A DNA stretch of 64,000 nt, taken from assembly GCA_950097015.1 (NCBI GenBank), contig CATNEN010000039.1:19406001-19470000 (forward strand). The letters are read 5' to 3'. The notes beneath the pieces are model-generated. The model worked only from the letters and a program-made list of their open reading frames with translations. It was not told the DNA's origin and searched no databases. The stretch's first letter is position 1. Each line of letters opens with the position of its first letter. The DNA comes from Macrostomum hystrix (taxonomy: Eukaryota > Animalia > Platyhelminthes). Below are positions 37,156 to 49,142 of the stretch, piece by piece. Position numbers and translations under genes: made by a program.

Positions 37156-37779
37156 GATAGGTGGTATAATAGCTGACTACACACACAGAACTAAAATAAT
37201 AGAAGCACTGTTTTGATAATTTCCGAATATATATTTACTAAATAAAACAAGTGAACAGTCATCCCTGATAAGCAAGCAAGCAATTATTTATTAGAACGCA
37301 ATAAACATTCGCCGTATAAAAAAACTTTATTTCAATCCAAAAAAATTTGCAACTTGAGATTACAAAATTACTAATGAGAAAATACGTGATTATTTAGCAA
37401 ATATTTTTTCTGTGAATTAATATAACTAAACAGAATAAAGAACATGAGTAAAAAGACAGTTAAAGAAAAATGAAATTGTTCTGCGAGCAAGAGAAAGTGA
37501 TTTATTGTTCAATAAAATGCCCAGCAAGTGAACAACACATGCGTCGCATTTAAATAGTTGGTAAAAGAAACAAATAACCTCTATATGAGTACACTATATT
37601 GCCAATCAGACAAAAGTGCTGTGCATAGCTCGTAAAAAGAATATATGAATATATTTATAAAGGGCAAGTTTGAATATTTTTTATCTGAAAATTTACCTGT
37701 GTAAAAAACCTAATAACAATAAAACTACCATTTTACATATTTTATCGATACATAATATTAGCACCCTATTGGTATAGAT

Positions 37780-38250
37780 GGACACACTATCGATTTAGAT
37801 GGACCCACTATCGATCTATTTAGACCCACTATCGATCTATGTAGACCCACTATCGATCTATGTAGACCCACTATCGATCTATGTAGACCCACTATCGATC
37901 TATATGGAACAATTATCGATCTATTTAGACCCACTATCGATCTATATGGAACAATTATCGATCTATTTAGACCCACTATCGATCTATGTAGACCCACTAT
38001 CGATCTATGTAGACCCACTATCGATCTATATGGAACAATAATCGATCTTTATGGACCCACTATCGATCTTTATGGACCCACTATCGATCTTTATGGACCC
38101 ACTATCGATCTTTATGGACCCACTATCGATCTTTATGGACCCACTATCGATCTTTATGGACCCACTATCGATCTTTATGGACCCACTATCGATCTATTTA
38201 GACCCACTATCGATCTATTTAGACCCACTATCGATCTTTATGGACCCACA
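37780..38250. repeat. 21-bp minisatellite (GACCCACTATCGATCTATGTA)
   Basis: Tandem array seen directly. Confidence 0.95.
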
Positions 38251-38534
38251 ATAGGACAGTTGCAATCAAATAAAAAACAAGAATGTTCTAACTAGAGCAG
38301 GCAATAAAAACTTTCAATATACAATAAAATTAATGCAGGTATTTAAAGCACTTGAAGTTCTAGAAACGGTCATGCAAACAAAAGGACAGTAGCAAACAAA
38401 AACTATTATACTAGTAATTTGTTAACATACAAGGCACGACTGATAGATAAGCACCAAATTTCTAACAGGCTGTTAGCTGCTGGCGTTAATCAATTATAAA
38501 TCAACTTGGAAATTAACGACACATTCAAGGGAAA

Positions 38535-40370
38535 TCTGGGAGAAGGGCTGCTCAGTCTGAGGATCTGGGAGAATAGCTGCTCAGTCTGTGGATCTGGGAG
38601 AATAGCTGCTCAGCCTGAGGATCTGGGAGAATAGCTGCTCAGTCTGAGGATCTGGGAGAATGGCTGCTTAGTCTGAGGATCTGGGAGAATAGCTTCTCAG
38701 TCTGAGGATCTGGGAGAATGGCTGCTTAGTCTGAGGATCTGGGAGAATAGCTGCTCAGTCTGAGGATCTGGGAGAATGGCTGCTTAGTCTGAGGATCTGG
38801 GAGAATGGCTTCTCAGTCTGAGGATCTGGGAGAATGGCTGCCTAGTCTGAGGATCTGGGAGAATGGCTGCTTAGTCTGAGGATCTCGGAGAATAGCTTCT
38901 CAGTCTGAGGATCTGGGAGAATGGATGATTAGTCTGAGGATCTGGGAGAATAGCTTCTCAGTCTGAGGATCTGGGAGAATAGCTTCTCAGTCTGAGGATC
39001 TGGGAGAATGGCTGCTTAGTCTGAGGATCTGGGAGAATGGCTGCTTAGTCTGAGGATCTGGGAGAATAGCTTCTCAGTCTGAGGATCTGGGAGAATGGAT
39101 GATTAGTCTGAGGATCTGGGAGAATAGCTTCTCAGTCTGAGGATCTGGGAGAATGGCTTCTCAGTCTGAGGATCTGGGAGAATGGCTGCTTAGTCTGAGG
39201 ATCTGGGAGAATGGCTGCTTAGTCTGAGGATCTGGGAGAATGGCTGCTTAGTCTGAGGATCTGGGAGAATGGCTGCTTAGTCTGAGGATCTGGGAGAATG
39301 GCTTCTCAGTCTGGGGATCTGGGAGAATAGCTGCTCAGTCTGAGGATCTGGGAGAATGGCTGCTCAGTCTGAGGATCTGGGAGAATAGCTTCTCAGTCTG
39401 AGGATCTGGGAGAATGGCTGCTTAGTCTGAGGATCTGGGAGAATGGCTGCTTAGTCTGAGGATCTGGGAGAATGGCTGCTTAGTCTGAGGATCTGGGAGA
39501 ATAGCTGCTCAGTCTGAGGATCTGGGAGAATGGCTGCTTAGTCTGAGGATCTGGGAGAATGGCTGCTTAGTCTGAGGATCTGGGAGAATAGCTTCTCAGT
39601 CTGAGGATCTGCGAGAATAGCTGCTCAGTCTGAGGATCTGGGAGAATGGCTGCTTAGTCTGAGGATCTGGGAGAATGGCTGCTTAGTCTGAGGATCTGGG
39701 AGAATAGCTTCTCAGTCTGAGGATCTGGGAGAATGGATGATTAGTCTGAGGATCTGGGAGAATAGCTTCTCAGTCTGAGGATCTGGGAGAATAGCTTCTC
39801 AGTCTGAGGATCTGGGAGAATGGTTGCTTAGTCTGAGGATCTGGGAGAATGGCTTCTCAGTCTGAGGATCTGGGAGAATGGCTGCTTAGTCTGAGGATCT
39901 GGGAGAATAGCTTCTCAGTCTGAGGATCTGGGAGAATGGCTGCTTAGTCTGAGGATCTGGGAGAATGGCTGCTTAGTCTGAGGATCTGGGAGAATGGCTG
40001 CTTAGTCTGAGGATCTGGGAGAATAGCTTCTCAGTCTGAGGATCTGGGAGAATGGCTGCTTAGTATGAGGATCTGGGAGAATGGCTGCTTAGTCTGAGGA
40101 TCTGGGAGAATGGCTGCTTAGTCTGAGGATCTGGGAGAATGGCTTCTCAGTCTGAGGATCTGGGAGAATAGCTGCTCAGTCTGAGGATCTGGGAGAATGG
40201 CTGCTTAGTCTGAGGATCTGGGAGAATGGCTGCTTAGTCTGAGGATCTGGGAGAATGGCTGCTTAGTCTGAGGATCTGGGAGAATAGCTGCTCAGTCTGA
40301 GGATCTGGGAGAATGGCTGCTTAGTCTGAGGATCTGGGAGAATGGCTGCTCAGTCTGAGGATCTGGGATC
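38535..40370. repeat. 29-bp minisatellite (CTGAGGATCTGGGAGAATGGCTGCTTAGT)
   Basis: About 60 tandem units. Confidence 0.97.
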
Positions 40371-40374
40371 TGGC

Positions 40375-40486
40375 GCCTGGCGCGATGGGCGACTCCCGCC
40401 TAGTTTGCCGGCCTGGGGGCATGCCGTTCCTGCGCTTGTGCGTCAAGTGCCCCAGGCCCCCTGCAAATAAGTAAAAATAGGTAAGA
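40375..40486 (+). mobile_element. 5'-truncated SINE (3' end of the family at 56710-57306)
   Basis: Similar to 57198-57306 (GGCGCGATGGGCG..CAAGTGCCCC..CCCCCTGCAAATA); flanked by 9-bp direct repeat GGATCTGGC (40366-40374 and 40487-40495). Confidence 0.8.
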
Positions 40487-40502
40487 GGATCTGGCAGGAT
40501 GG

Positions 40503-42621
40503 CTAAGCTGTTTCAGGCTCCTCATCTTGATCAAAGACAGCAATGGGCGCGGACCGTATTTGTTCCACAGCTTCCACGCCAACCTCCGGCTCCTGTGGTG
40601 CTGAGAAATTCTCGCGAGCTTCGTCCGCCGGTTCGACCTCGTTAGCATCGTCGCCATTTTCGTCGGAGGCGTCTGGCAGATGATGAACGGCGTAGAACGC
40701 ATTGCCGCGTCGTTCAATGGTTGGCTCGCCACGCCAGTAACCCGTGCGCTCAAATTCCTCGCATGTTTCGGCTAGTTTAACTAGGCGGGCCCGGTCCTCT
40801 TCCCAAGGACCAAACTGAGGGAAGGTGGGCGACAATGCATCATCAGCTACACCTGCTTGTAATGTAACCACTATGCTACTTGAATCACGAATAATATATC
40901 CTAGTGCTAGGCTGAAACAGAATCAATAACAGTAAAAAGACTCATGATATACGAGGGGTGTCCAAAAAGTAGTGGGGGATTTTCAACGTAGCTCATAATC
41001 GGATTCAGACACATTAAATTGTTATACGTTTTATGAAAGCGGATTTATGTATCTCTGTAATACTTTTTTAATTTTGCTATTATCTTCTGGCATTCAAAAG
41101 TTATGAACAATTTAGTGCAGTTCCCCAGGTTACAACTTACAGAAACTTTAACAAGTAGTCATTACGACGAAACATGACAACAAACTATCAGTCGTGATCC
41201 CATTGAAGTTCATCTTAACGTCAACTCAAATGTCCTTTTCATCAGCGATGGAGACCTTCTTCACGTAGTCGCCTTTGCAGCTGATGCACTTCTCCCAGCG
41301 AGTGCACAACGAATCAATTGCATGAGCGTATTGCTCCTTGGGAATTGCAAAAACAAGGATGCGCCGAACCTCTTCTTCAAGGCAGTGACGATTCGCGTAG
41401 ACTTTGCCTCGAAGCAGCTCCTTCAGTCTCGGAAAAAGACAAAATTCTGCTGGCGCCAAGTCAGGGGAGTAGGGTGGGTGAGGCAAGAGTTCTGACTTCA
41501 TGCCCTGAATTGCCTCCACTGTCTTTGAAGCCGTGTGCGGTCGGGCATTGTCGTGGTGGAGAACTGAGGGCTTGATTCCACTGCGCCGTTTATTGTGGAT
41601 GTCAGCCTTGAGCTTCTTCAGAGACAAGATGTAGCGCTCCGCATTGACAGTTGTGTTTGGCTCTAGGCAATCGGTTGTCAAGGGGCCGTGATGTCCGACA
41701 TGTTTGCACAATCTTCGGATGATTCAAATGCGCAAGTTGACAAATGCTTGGCTGAGCTGGCTTGCATCTAAAGCCTGAGATTGCCTGGCTTTGGTGATGC
41801 TTGCATGAGCATAGTTCTCATGTTGAGCCCATATAGACATGCTCAAGCATTTCTGTAGGCATCATCGCGAAAACTTAATGCAGAAAAAATACATTGAACT
41901 TTCTTCATTGAAATCCTTCAAAATGTCATCTTCTGTAAGTCGTACCCTGGGGAACTGTACTAAATGGCTCATAACTTTTGAATCCCGGAAGATATTAGCA
42001 AATAAAAAAAATATTGCATATATCGATAATTCCGCTTTCAAGAAAAGTTAAGGAAATGAATGCATCTGAATCCAACTATGAGCTACGTTGAAAATTCCCA
42101 CTACTTTTTGGACACCCCTCGTAGTTAAGTAGACAGAAAATGCAGCACACCTTGTCAATTAGACGCGCTCTCTCAGCCCCAGGTCCGCCGTCATTGTGCC
42201 ACTGTCTTAGCTGGGCTCTGAAATGAAAATTCGGCGCCACATCGTGCTTGGCGGCCCTGACAGCGCCCAGCACCGTATTCCAAGGCAGATCCGTGACAGA
42301 AGCCAGGTAGGCGATGATCAGTGTGGCGCTGCGACTAACCCCGGCCATGCAGTGAACAAACACAGCCTCCCCAGCAACCCGACCGGAGTGAATAAAATCA
42401 TTGGACTGTTGAAAGAATTGTCTGATATCCTGTTGGCAACTGTCAGCAGCTAAGAATTGCAAATGATTCCGCTGTTTAACACAGTTTGGCATAGAGAATT
42501 TCGCGTCGAATATTGTTAGAATGTGACGAACGCCATTTTCTTCTAAAAGTTTGGCATTGTTAGCCCCTTGCCAGCTGCCAAGATAGAGATTTGGCGCTAT
42601 CAGGCTCATTTGAGCACCCAT
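40503..42621 (-). CDS. Atypical dual-specificity phosphatase, DUSP15/DUSP22-like
   Basis: Exon 1 42621-42151, exon 2 40814-40503 (phase 0). MGAQMSLIAPNLYLG start with Gly2, AADS acid loop, intact VHCMAGVSRS, APNFHF. Confidence 0.88.
40952..42121 (-). mobile_element. Internally deleted mariner-family transposon in the DUSP intron
   Basis: TA on both sides; TIRs CGAGGGGTGTCCAAAAAGTAGTGGG..; transposase C-terminal remnant 41711-41226 with HHDNARPH and YSPDLAP. Confidence 0.92.
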
Positions 42622-42769
42622 GATTCTCTTGGTTGGACTCAATCCGATTGGCGATTAAAAACTTCACTGAAAATGTAAGGTACAATTATAGCAATTTGGC
42701 AGAAATTATTACTTTAATTAAAGACTGGCGTAAATAAATACAAGCGACTACAATTAAAAAAAGAAAGTG

Positions 42770-43760
42770 GCAGTGTTAGGATATGGAGTGACAGAATTAG
42801 GATATGGAGTGAAAGGCTAAGATTATTAAGTGACAGGATTGGAACTTGGAGTGACAGGCTAAGGATATTGAGTGAAAGGCTAAGATTATTGAGTGACAGG
42901 ATTGGAATTTGGAGTGACAGGATAAGGATATGGAGTGACAGGCTAAGGATAAGGAGTGACAGGCTAAGGATATGGAGTGACAGGCTAAGGATATGGAGTG
43001 AAAGGCTAAGATTATTCAGTGACAGGATTGGAATTTGGAGTGACAGGCTAAGGATATGGAGTGAAAGGCTAAGATTATTCAGTGACAGGATTGGAATTTG
43101 GAGTGACAGGCTAAGGATAAGGAGTGAAAGGCTAAGATTATTGAGTGACAGGATTGGAATTTGGAGTGACAGGCTAAGGATAAGGAGTGAAAGGCTAAGA
43201 TTATTGAGTGACAGGATTGGAATATGGAGTGACAGGCTAAGGATATGGAGTGACAGGCTAAGGATAAGGAGTGACAGGCTAAGGATTTCGAGTGAAAAGC
43301 TAAGGATATGGAGTGACAGGCTAAGGATTTGGAGTGACAAGCTAAGGATATGGAGTGACAGGCTAAGGATTTGGAGTGACAAGCTAAGGATATGGAGTGA
43401 CAGGCTAAGGACTTGGAGCGACAAGCTAAGGATATGGAGTGACAGGCTAAGGATATGGAGTGACAGGCTAAGGATATGGAGTGACAGGCTAAGGATTTGG
43501 AGTGACAAGCTAAGGATATGGAGTGACAGGCTAAGGATATGGAGTGACAAGCTAAGGATATGTAGTGACAAGCTAAGGATATGGAGTGACAGGCTAAGGA
43601 TATGGAGTGACAGGCTAAGGATATGGAGTGACAGGCTAAGGATATGGAGTGACAGGCTAAGGATATGGAGTGACAGGCTAAGGATATGGAGTGACAGGCT
43701 AAGGATATGGAGTGACAGGCTAAGGATATGGAGTGACAGGCTAAGGATATTGAGTGACAG
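42770..43760. repeat. 21-bp minisatellite (GGAGTGACAGGCTAAGGATAT)
   Basis: Tandem array seen directly. Confidence 0.97.
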
Positions 43761-44384
43761 AACAGTGATTAAATTAAGGTGACAAGATTATTTGGATTCT
43801 ATGAAACGCTATTACGCGAACAAAGAGTGCACAAGATAAAGAAACAAAGAAGTGAAAATAAAATATACCTTAATCGCAATAAAAACTGTTTTGCGTATGT
43901 CTTTTAATATATATTTAGTTCAACAGGGAATTTCAAGCAAACAAAACCGCCATTTAGGTGCCGCAGATGACAATTGAATTGTAAATAATAGCTATATTAA
44001 CACGCTGCATAATAGAATATAAAAACAAGACTAGAAAAACAATTGACATTGAAATGAAAGTCATATTTTAAATGTTGACTAGAAACAAACAGTCGTGATC
44101 TGGAAAACATCATTTAAAATATAAGATTTTATGCTGCTAAGTTCGTAAAAATGAAGAATTTTCATGTTTAATTATTTTAATAATTAAGAATTCAAACGTG
44201 TATAGAACAGTAATTTGCGTAATCTAACGTAATAACGTGACACAAATAACGAAGGTGTAATGTAAAAATTATATTGACAGAGACTAGTAACATATTGAAC
44301 TAGGATAGCTTTTAATAAGTTCTTTATTGGGCCTTATAAAGACTCAACTAATCATTATGATACTAGATAATAGGTACTAGATAA

Positions 44385-44725
44385 TCCTATAATTATTTTA
44401 AAACTGGGTGCTACTATTAGTCTAAATTTAGGTTCTGTAATTAGTCTAAAACTGGAACCAATAATTATTTTAAAACTGGGTGCTATTATTAGTCTAAATT
44501 TAGGTTCTGTAATTAGTCTAAAACTGGAACCAATAATTATTTTAAAACTGGGTGCTATTATTAGTCTAAATTTAGGTTCCGTAATTAGTCTAAAACTGGA
44601 ACCAATAATTATTTTAAAACTGGGTGCTACTATTAGTCTAATTTTAGGTTCTGTAATTAGTCTAAAACTGGAACCAATAATTATTTCAAAACTGGGTGCT
44701 ATTATTAGTCTAAAAGTGGGTGCTC
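44385..44725. repeat. AT-rich compound tandem repeat downstream of EMC4
   Basis: Repeated AAAACTGGGTGCTATTATTAGTCTAAA..AAAACTGGAACCAATAATT blocks. Confidence 0.9.
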
Positions 44726-44921
44726 TCATATAGTAAAAAACTGGGTTCTAAACCTAATCAAAATCTGGGTTAATAGGTGCTTAGAACAGGTTTTGAAGGA
44801 GGTAATGAGCTTGTAGTACAATAGCAGCTACCAAGCCAGCTATGAATGGACTGTATACAAGTCAGTCAAAGCTTCATATTGTCTCCAATTCGAAATATCC
44901 ACGCAGTCCGTAACGCGTCTC

Positions 44922-45491
44922 TCATAGTAGGTATCCGCCGCCAGAAACCTCGAGTCGTCGGGGACTATCAACAAATGACAGCCAATCAGATTCGTAAGTA
45001 GGCAGCAGGCCCATTGTGTGGCATTTGTAAACGGCTAAGGCTAGCACAGCCAAATTGCCAATCAAATAGACGAATCGTTGGAGACAGACTTGACCGCCTT
45101 CAATCTGTGCAAATGTGGACTGCATCGCAAACACAGCCTGTATTGGCCGCATAAACAGCATCAGGACCATCATAATTGGAAATATGGACACAGAATTGCC
45201 AGCCATCCACATAATGAACAGATTCATTGGCAACTGTTTCAATGGACCAAGAGCAGCATCCCAGCCGCGTTTGCTAATTAGAGCAACATCCGGCTCGCGA
45301 CTACCAGACAATGGTGGCGGCCGCTCCATGTAGCCAGCTGGAGAGGCCAGCGGCTGCTGCTGCTGCTGTTGCTGCATTTGACTATAAGATCGATGAGTCG
45401 ATGATAAATCGATAGCCCAACGACGGCGAATGGCTACAGCGGCAGCGATTGTGGTTAGGCTAACACTGTCATTAGCTGGTGCTGGACGCAT
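44922..45491 (-). CDS. EMC4: ER membrane protein complex subunit 4 (intronless CDS)
   Basis: [59 protein letters not shown]. Strong upstream acceptor AG at 45594-45593. Confidence 0.93.
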   Translation of the reverse strand: MRPAPANDSVSLTTIAAAVAIRRRWAIDLSSTHRSYSQMQQQQQQQPLASPAGYMERPPPLSGSREPDVALISKRGWDAALGPLKQLPMNLFIMWMAGNSVSIFPIMMVLMLFMRPIQAVFAMQSTFAQIEGGQVCLQRFVYLIGNLAVLALAVYKCHTMGLLPTYESDWLSFVDSPRRLEVSGGGYLL

Positions 45492-46537
45492 GCTTCAAAT
45501 CACTAATTGCTTCAAATCACTAATTGAACACTTTTAGATCGGGAAAATAAATTATTACAGTTTTCTTTAAGTAGATTTATGTTTGTATTTAACTGAAAAA
45601 ACGAACAGAAAGAAAGAGAAGGAGATATCATAATTTTATATATTTAAAAAATAATGATAAAACTACTGCCCAATACTGTAGTCTGTTGTGGTCTGTTGCA
45701 GTCTGTTTTGGTGTTTAGGTTCCCTATACCTTTATAATAATTTTTTGTATATTAGGCCTAGGCAGCATAGTGGTACAAGTTTGCCAGAGCAAGTTTTGAA
45801 CTCAGCAGTCTTAACAAGCACTGAAGACTTGGATTTTTGAAACTAATAAAATCATAACTTTTTTAGGAACTCATTATCAAAGTTCTAGTAGTTCAAACTA
45901 GGTTTCATGATACTCATATGTCTTTACTCAAGAATATGGATGATTTCACTGAATCTTTGGGTGCAAATGGAGAATTTTATGGCCTATTGGGCACCACATG
46001 GGGCAATACATGTTTATAATAGCCCAAAAGCATGATAGATGTGGCATACAACATAATGCATAGCATATGTGATAATCTATTTATTATGCTAGTTTCAAAT
46101 ATTTTTAACATCCAACATAATGACAAGCAATAGTTAATTTTGCTTTTTGACTAAAATAAAACTTTTTCTTTTGTCAAAAGTAAAAAGATAAGTCATAGCA
46201 TTACTAAATCTAAAAATATAAATTTTGTATATGTCATAGTCTAAGTCTAAGTAGACAACTACATCTACATGTACAAGTACAATAGCAGCACAACAGTAGA
46301 AATCACTACCTATATTATGTCATGCATTGTATATGCAATGCTGTTAGCATTTTTGAGCACAAATTTTTCTTTTTTGTTGAGCATGGTGCATAGGAAAAAA
46401 TTACCATTGTTTAATTCTGCTGCGCATGCTGAAGCTTCCTATGCATGGTTCTCATATAATTTATTTATGTAATAATACAAGCTTGCTAGAAAAGTTTATA
46501 TATATATATATATGTTAAAGATTCATTTACAAGCATA

Positions 46538-47685
46538 CATGTGCAACCTCCCAAATCTTAGCTGGCCATGCAACTTAGTTTTTGCTCTATTTACAACTTA
46601 GTTTGCTCTCATTTGCTCTATTTTTCTTTCCCCTTTTTCCTCTTCTTAATGCCTTCCTTTTTTGTCCCTTGGTCCCCCCTTTGATTTTTTTGCACTTGGT
46701 TCATTGGTTTTTGCAACTTACCCTGCTTGGCCCTCGTTTCACCCAGCCAGTTCAGCCAAATAGAGCAATGAAACGAACTAAGTCGCAACTGAGAGCAAAC
46801 TAAGTCGTAAATACAGCAAAAACTAAGTCGCACGTGAGATAGGGCACCGATTGTATATTTCTTAGAAGTCAAATTCCCGCGAAAACTTAATATTTTGTTT
46901 AACTTTGCGTAAAATTGTTTTAATGCACCAATTTGTTTTAAAAGCACCTTTTGTTTAAATGCACCGAATAATTATTGTTTGAATGAAGTCGCGGAATGAT
47001 AGGAGAATTTACTATAAATACACGAGAGAAAACAGGGAGACAGACAACGTGTTAACGTGTTGTATGCACATACGTTCTGATAAAGAAAGCTTGAATCTTT
47101 AAGTGTTCGTGTTAAAGAGTTATTTGAAGAGACATTGCGAAAGGAGAGTAATAAGAGTGAAAGATAGCTGTAACTCTAGATCCATTGGAAAGCCCTATGA
47201 AACGGACTGAAGATTGAAATTGAAGACTGAACTGAAGATTGAATTGAAGGTTAACTGAATGATAAATTGAAGACGGATAAAGACGGATAAAAGACTGATA
47301 AAGACGGATAAAGACGGATAAAGACGGATAAAGATTGATACAAAGTACTTATAGAAATAATACAGTAAAGTTATAAGCAGAAGGGAATATATAGTAAAGA
47401 TACCGGCCATACTGAAAGTATAACGCTACCATATTGAAAGTATAACGCTACCATATTTGAATACATAACCGCTACCAATTTGAATTAAGATAAGAAATAC
47501 ATAAAGCGAATAATTGAAGACTTCATAAGATTGACAAAAGTATAAAAGGCCTGTAACAACTTTGGTAACAGCAGTAGAATTAATTTAGCCCTACAACAAC
47601 TTTGGTGGCATTGTTAGGAGTAATATTTAAAATAAGACAGAGGCCTAGGACACACGGCCAGCTAAGATTTGGGAGGTTGCACATA
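46538..47685. mobile_element. Non-autonomous TIR element (~1.15 kb)
   Basis: Inverted ends ATGTGCAACCTCCCAAATCTTAGCTGGCC / GGCCAGCTAAGATTTGGGAGGTTGCACAT; TA flanks; no transposase ORF. Confidence 0.8.
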
Positions 47686-48500
47686 TATGTTTACAATTTA
47701 AATGTCATGGTCTAGCTAGCTATGGCTAGTCAGCTGACTGCTTCTGGGTTTCTAGTCTTTTTGTCTGCCCCTTGTTTGCAATTAGCTAACTAGGCCTAGT
47801 CTTTTGAAAACTGGACAATATTGTCTATGAAAAGGACAACTAAAATATATTTGTCTTCTATGGATTTTATTAGTAACCTATTGTCCATCATTTTGGCCTT
47901 TAGACAAACAATGGTTAGGCCTATAGCCAACTTTGGTTTCAAACAACAGAAACAACCAGAACAATGGCATAGCCAGGGGTATCAGTGTATTAAACAATAT
48001 TCCCAAAAAAATTTGATATCTCAAATTTTTAACATTCTGTTTCTTTGAAAGAAATGAATGGATAGTTTTTTAACCTATGTTAAGAAATTTGAGATAGCAT
48101 AGCAAATAGGCCTACAAAACTTCAAGCAAATTCTGGTGATTTATTCCCTAGGCCCAATGGTTATTATTGCATGAGCCTTTTTAATAGATCATTTTCAAAT
48201 TCATGATTTTTGTTTTACACTTTAACATTCATTTAAATACAAATAATTAGCTTTATTATATCCTATATTTGTTTTGTTACACTGGAATTAATGTTTTAAT
48301 CTGTTTTCAAGACCAGAATGCACTGCACTGCTACAGACAAATACTGGTCAAACACTAATAGTGTTTCAAAGTTTATGGTACACTTTCGCACCCTAAGTCA
48401 AATTTCAGGGTGCTCTTTTTAAGATGAGGATGCTAGGCTTATTCACACCCATTTGTACAAAAAACCCAGTTAGACCCATGGCCATAAGTAAAGCTAGGTA

Positions 48501-49142
48501 GGGTAATGTATCATCAACCGAACAGTGTATCTTCAAAACCGAACAAGAATTTTGACTTCTTCCTTGGTCTCATGCAAGACAGAAACAAGCTATTGTGTTT
48601 CACAGAATAACTAATTTGAAAGTTGAAGAAATTATCTACAAGCTGAGGCATGATGTGCAATGAAGCATTAAGAGGAAAGAAAGATATTGATGTTTCAGCA
48701 AAAATTTTTATTGCAAAAGCATACTTTTTAACAACATTTTTTCAGTATGTACTTTAGACAAAGATTGTATGTGGTTGCTTGCCAATTAAATGACCATAAA
48801 TGTAGTTATTTATAAAACATGAAAAATGCTTTCAAATGACATAATTCATGATAGTTCACTCCTTAAAATAAGATTAAACCACTCACTCAAATTATAAAAC
48901 CAAACATCAAATTCTCTGTTTGGTTTGAAGATACATGAAAATCATTGTTCGGTTTTAGATAAAAAGCAGGAATAAATTTTTTCTATTTGACAAAATAGCA
49001 AAAGCAGATACTTTTTAGAAAGATGTAACTGTTGTCTATAACTTGGCTTTTGGTTTATCATCATATCTTAAATAGAAAATCTGTAGCTTAAGTTTGAAGT
49101 TAAAAAAATACACATTCTTGTTTGGTTGATAATACATTACCC
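48501..49142. mobile_element. MITE with TA target duplication
   Basis: TA|GGGTAATGTATCATCAACCGAACA ... TGTTTGGTTGATAATACATTACCC|TA, with subterminal repeats. Confidence 0.8.
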
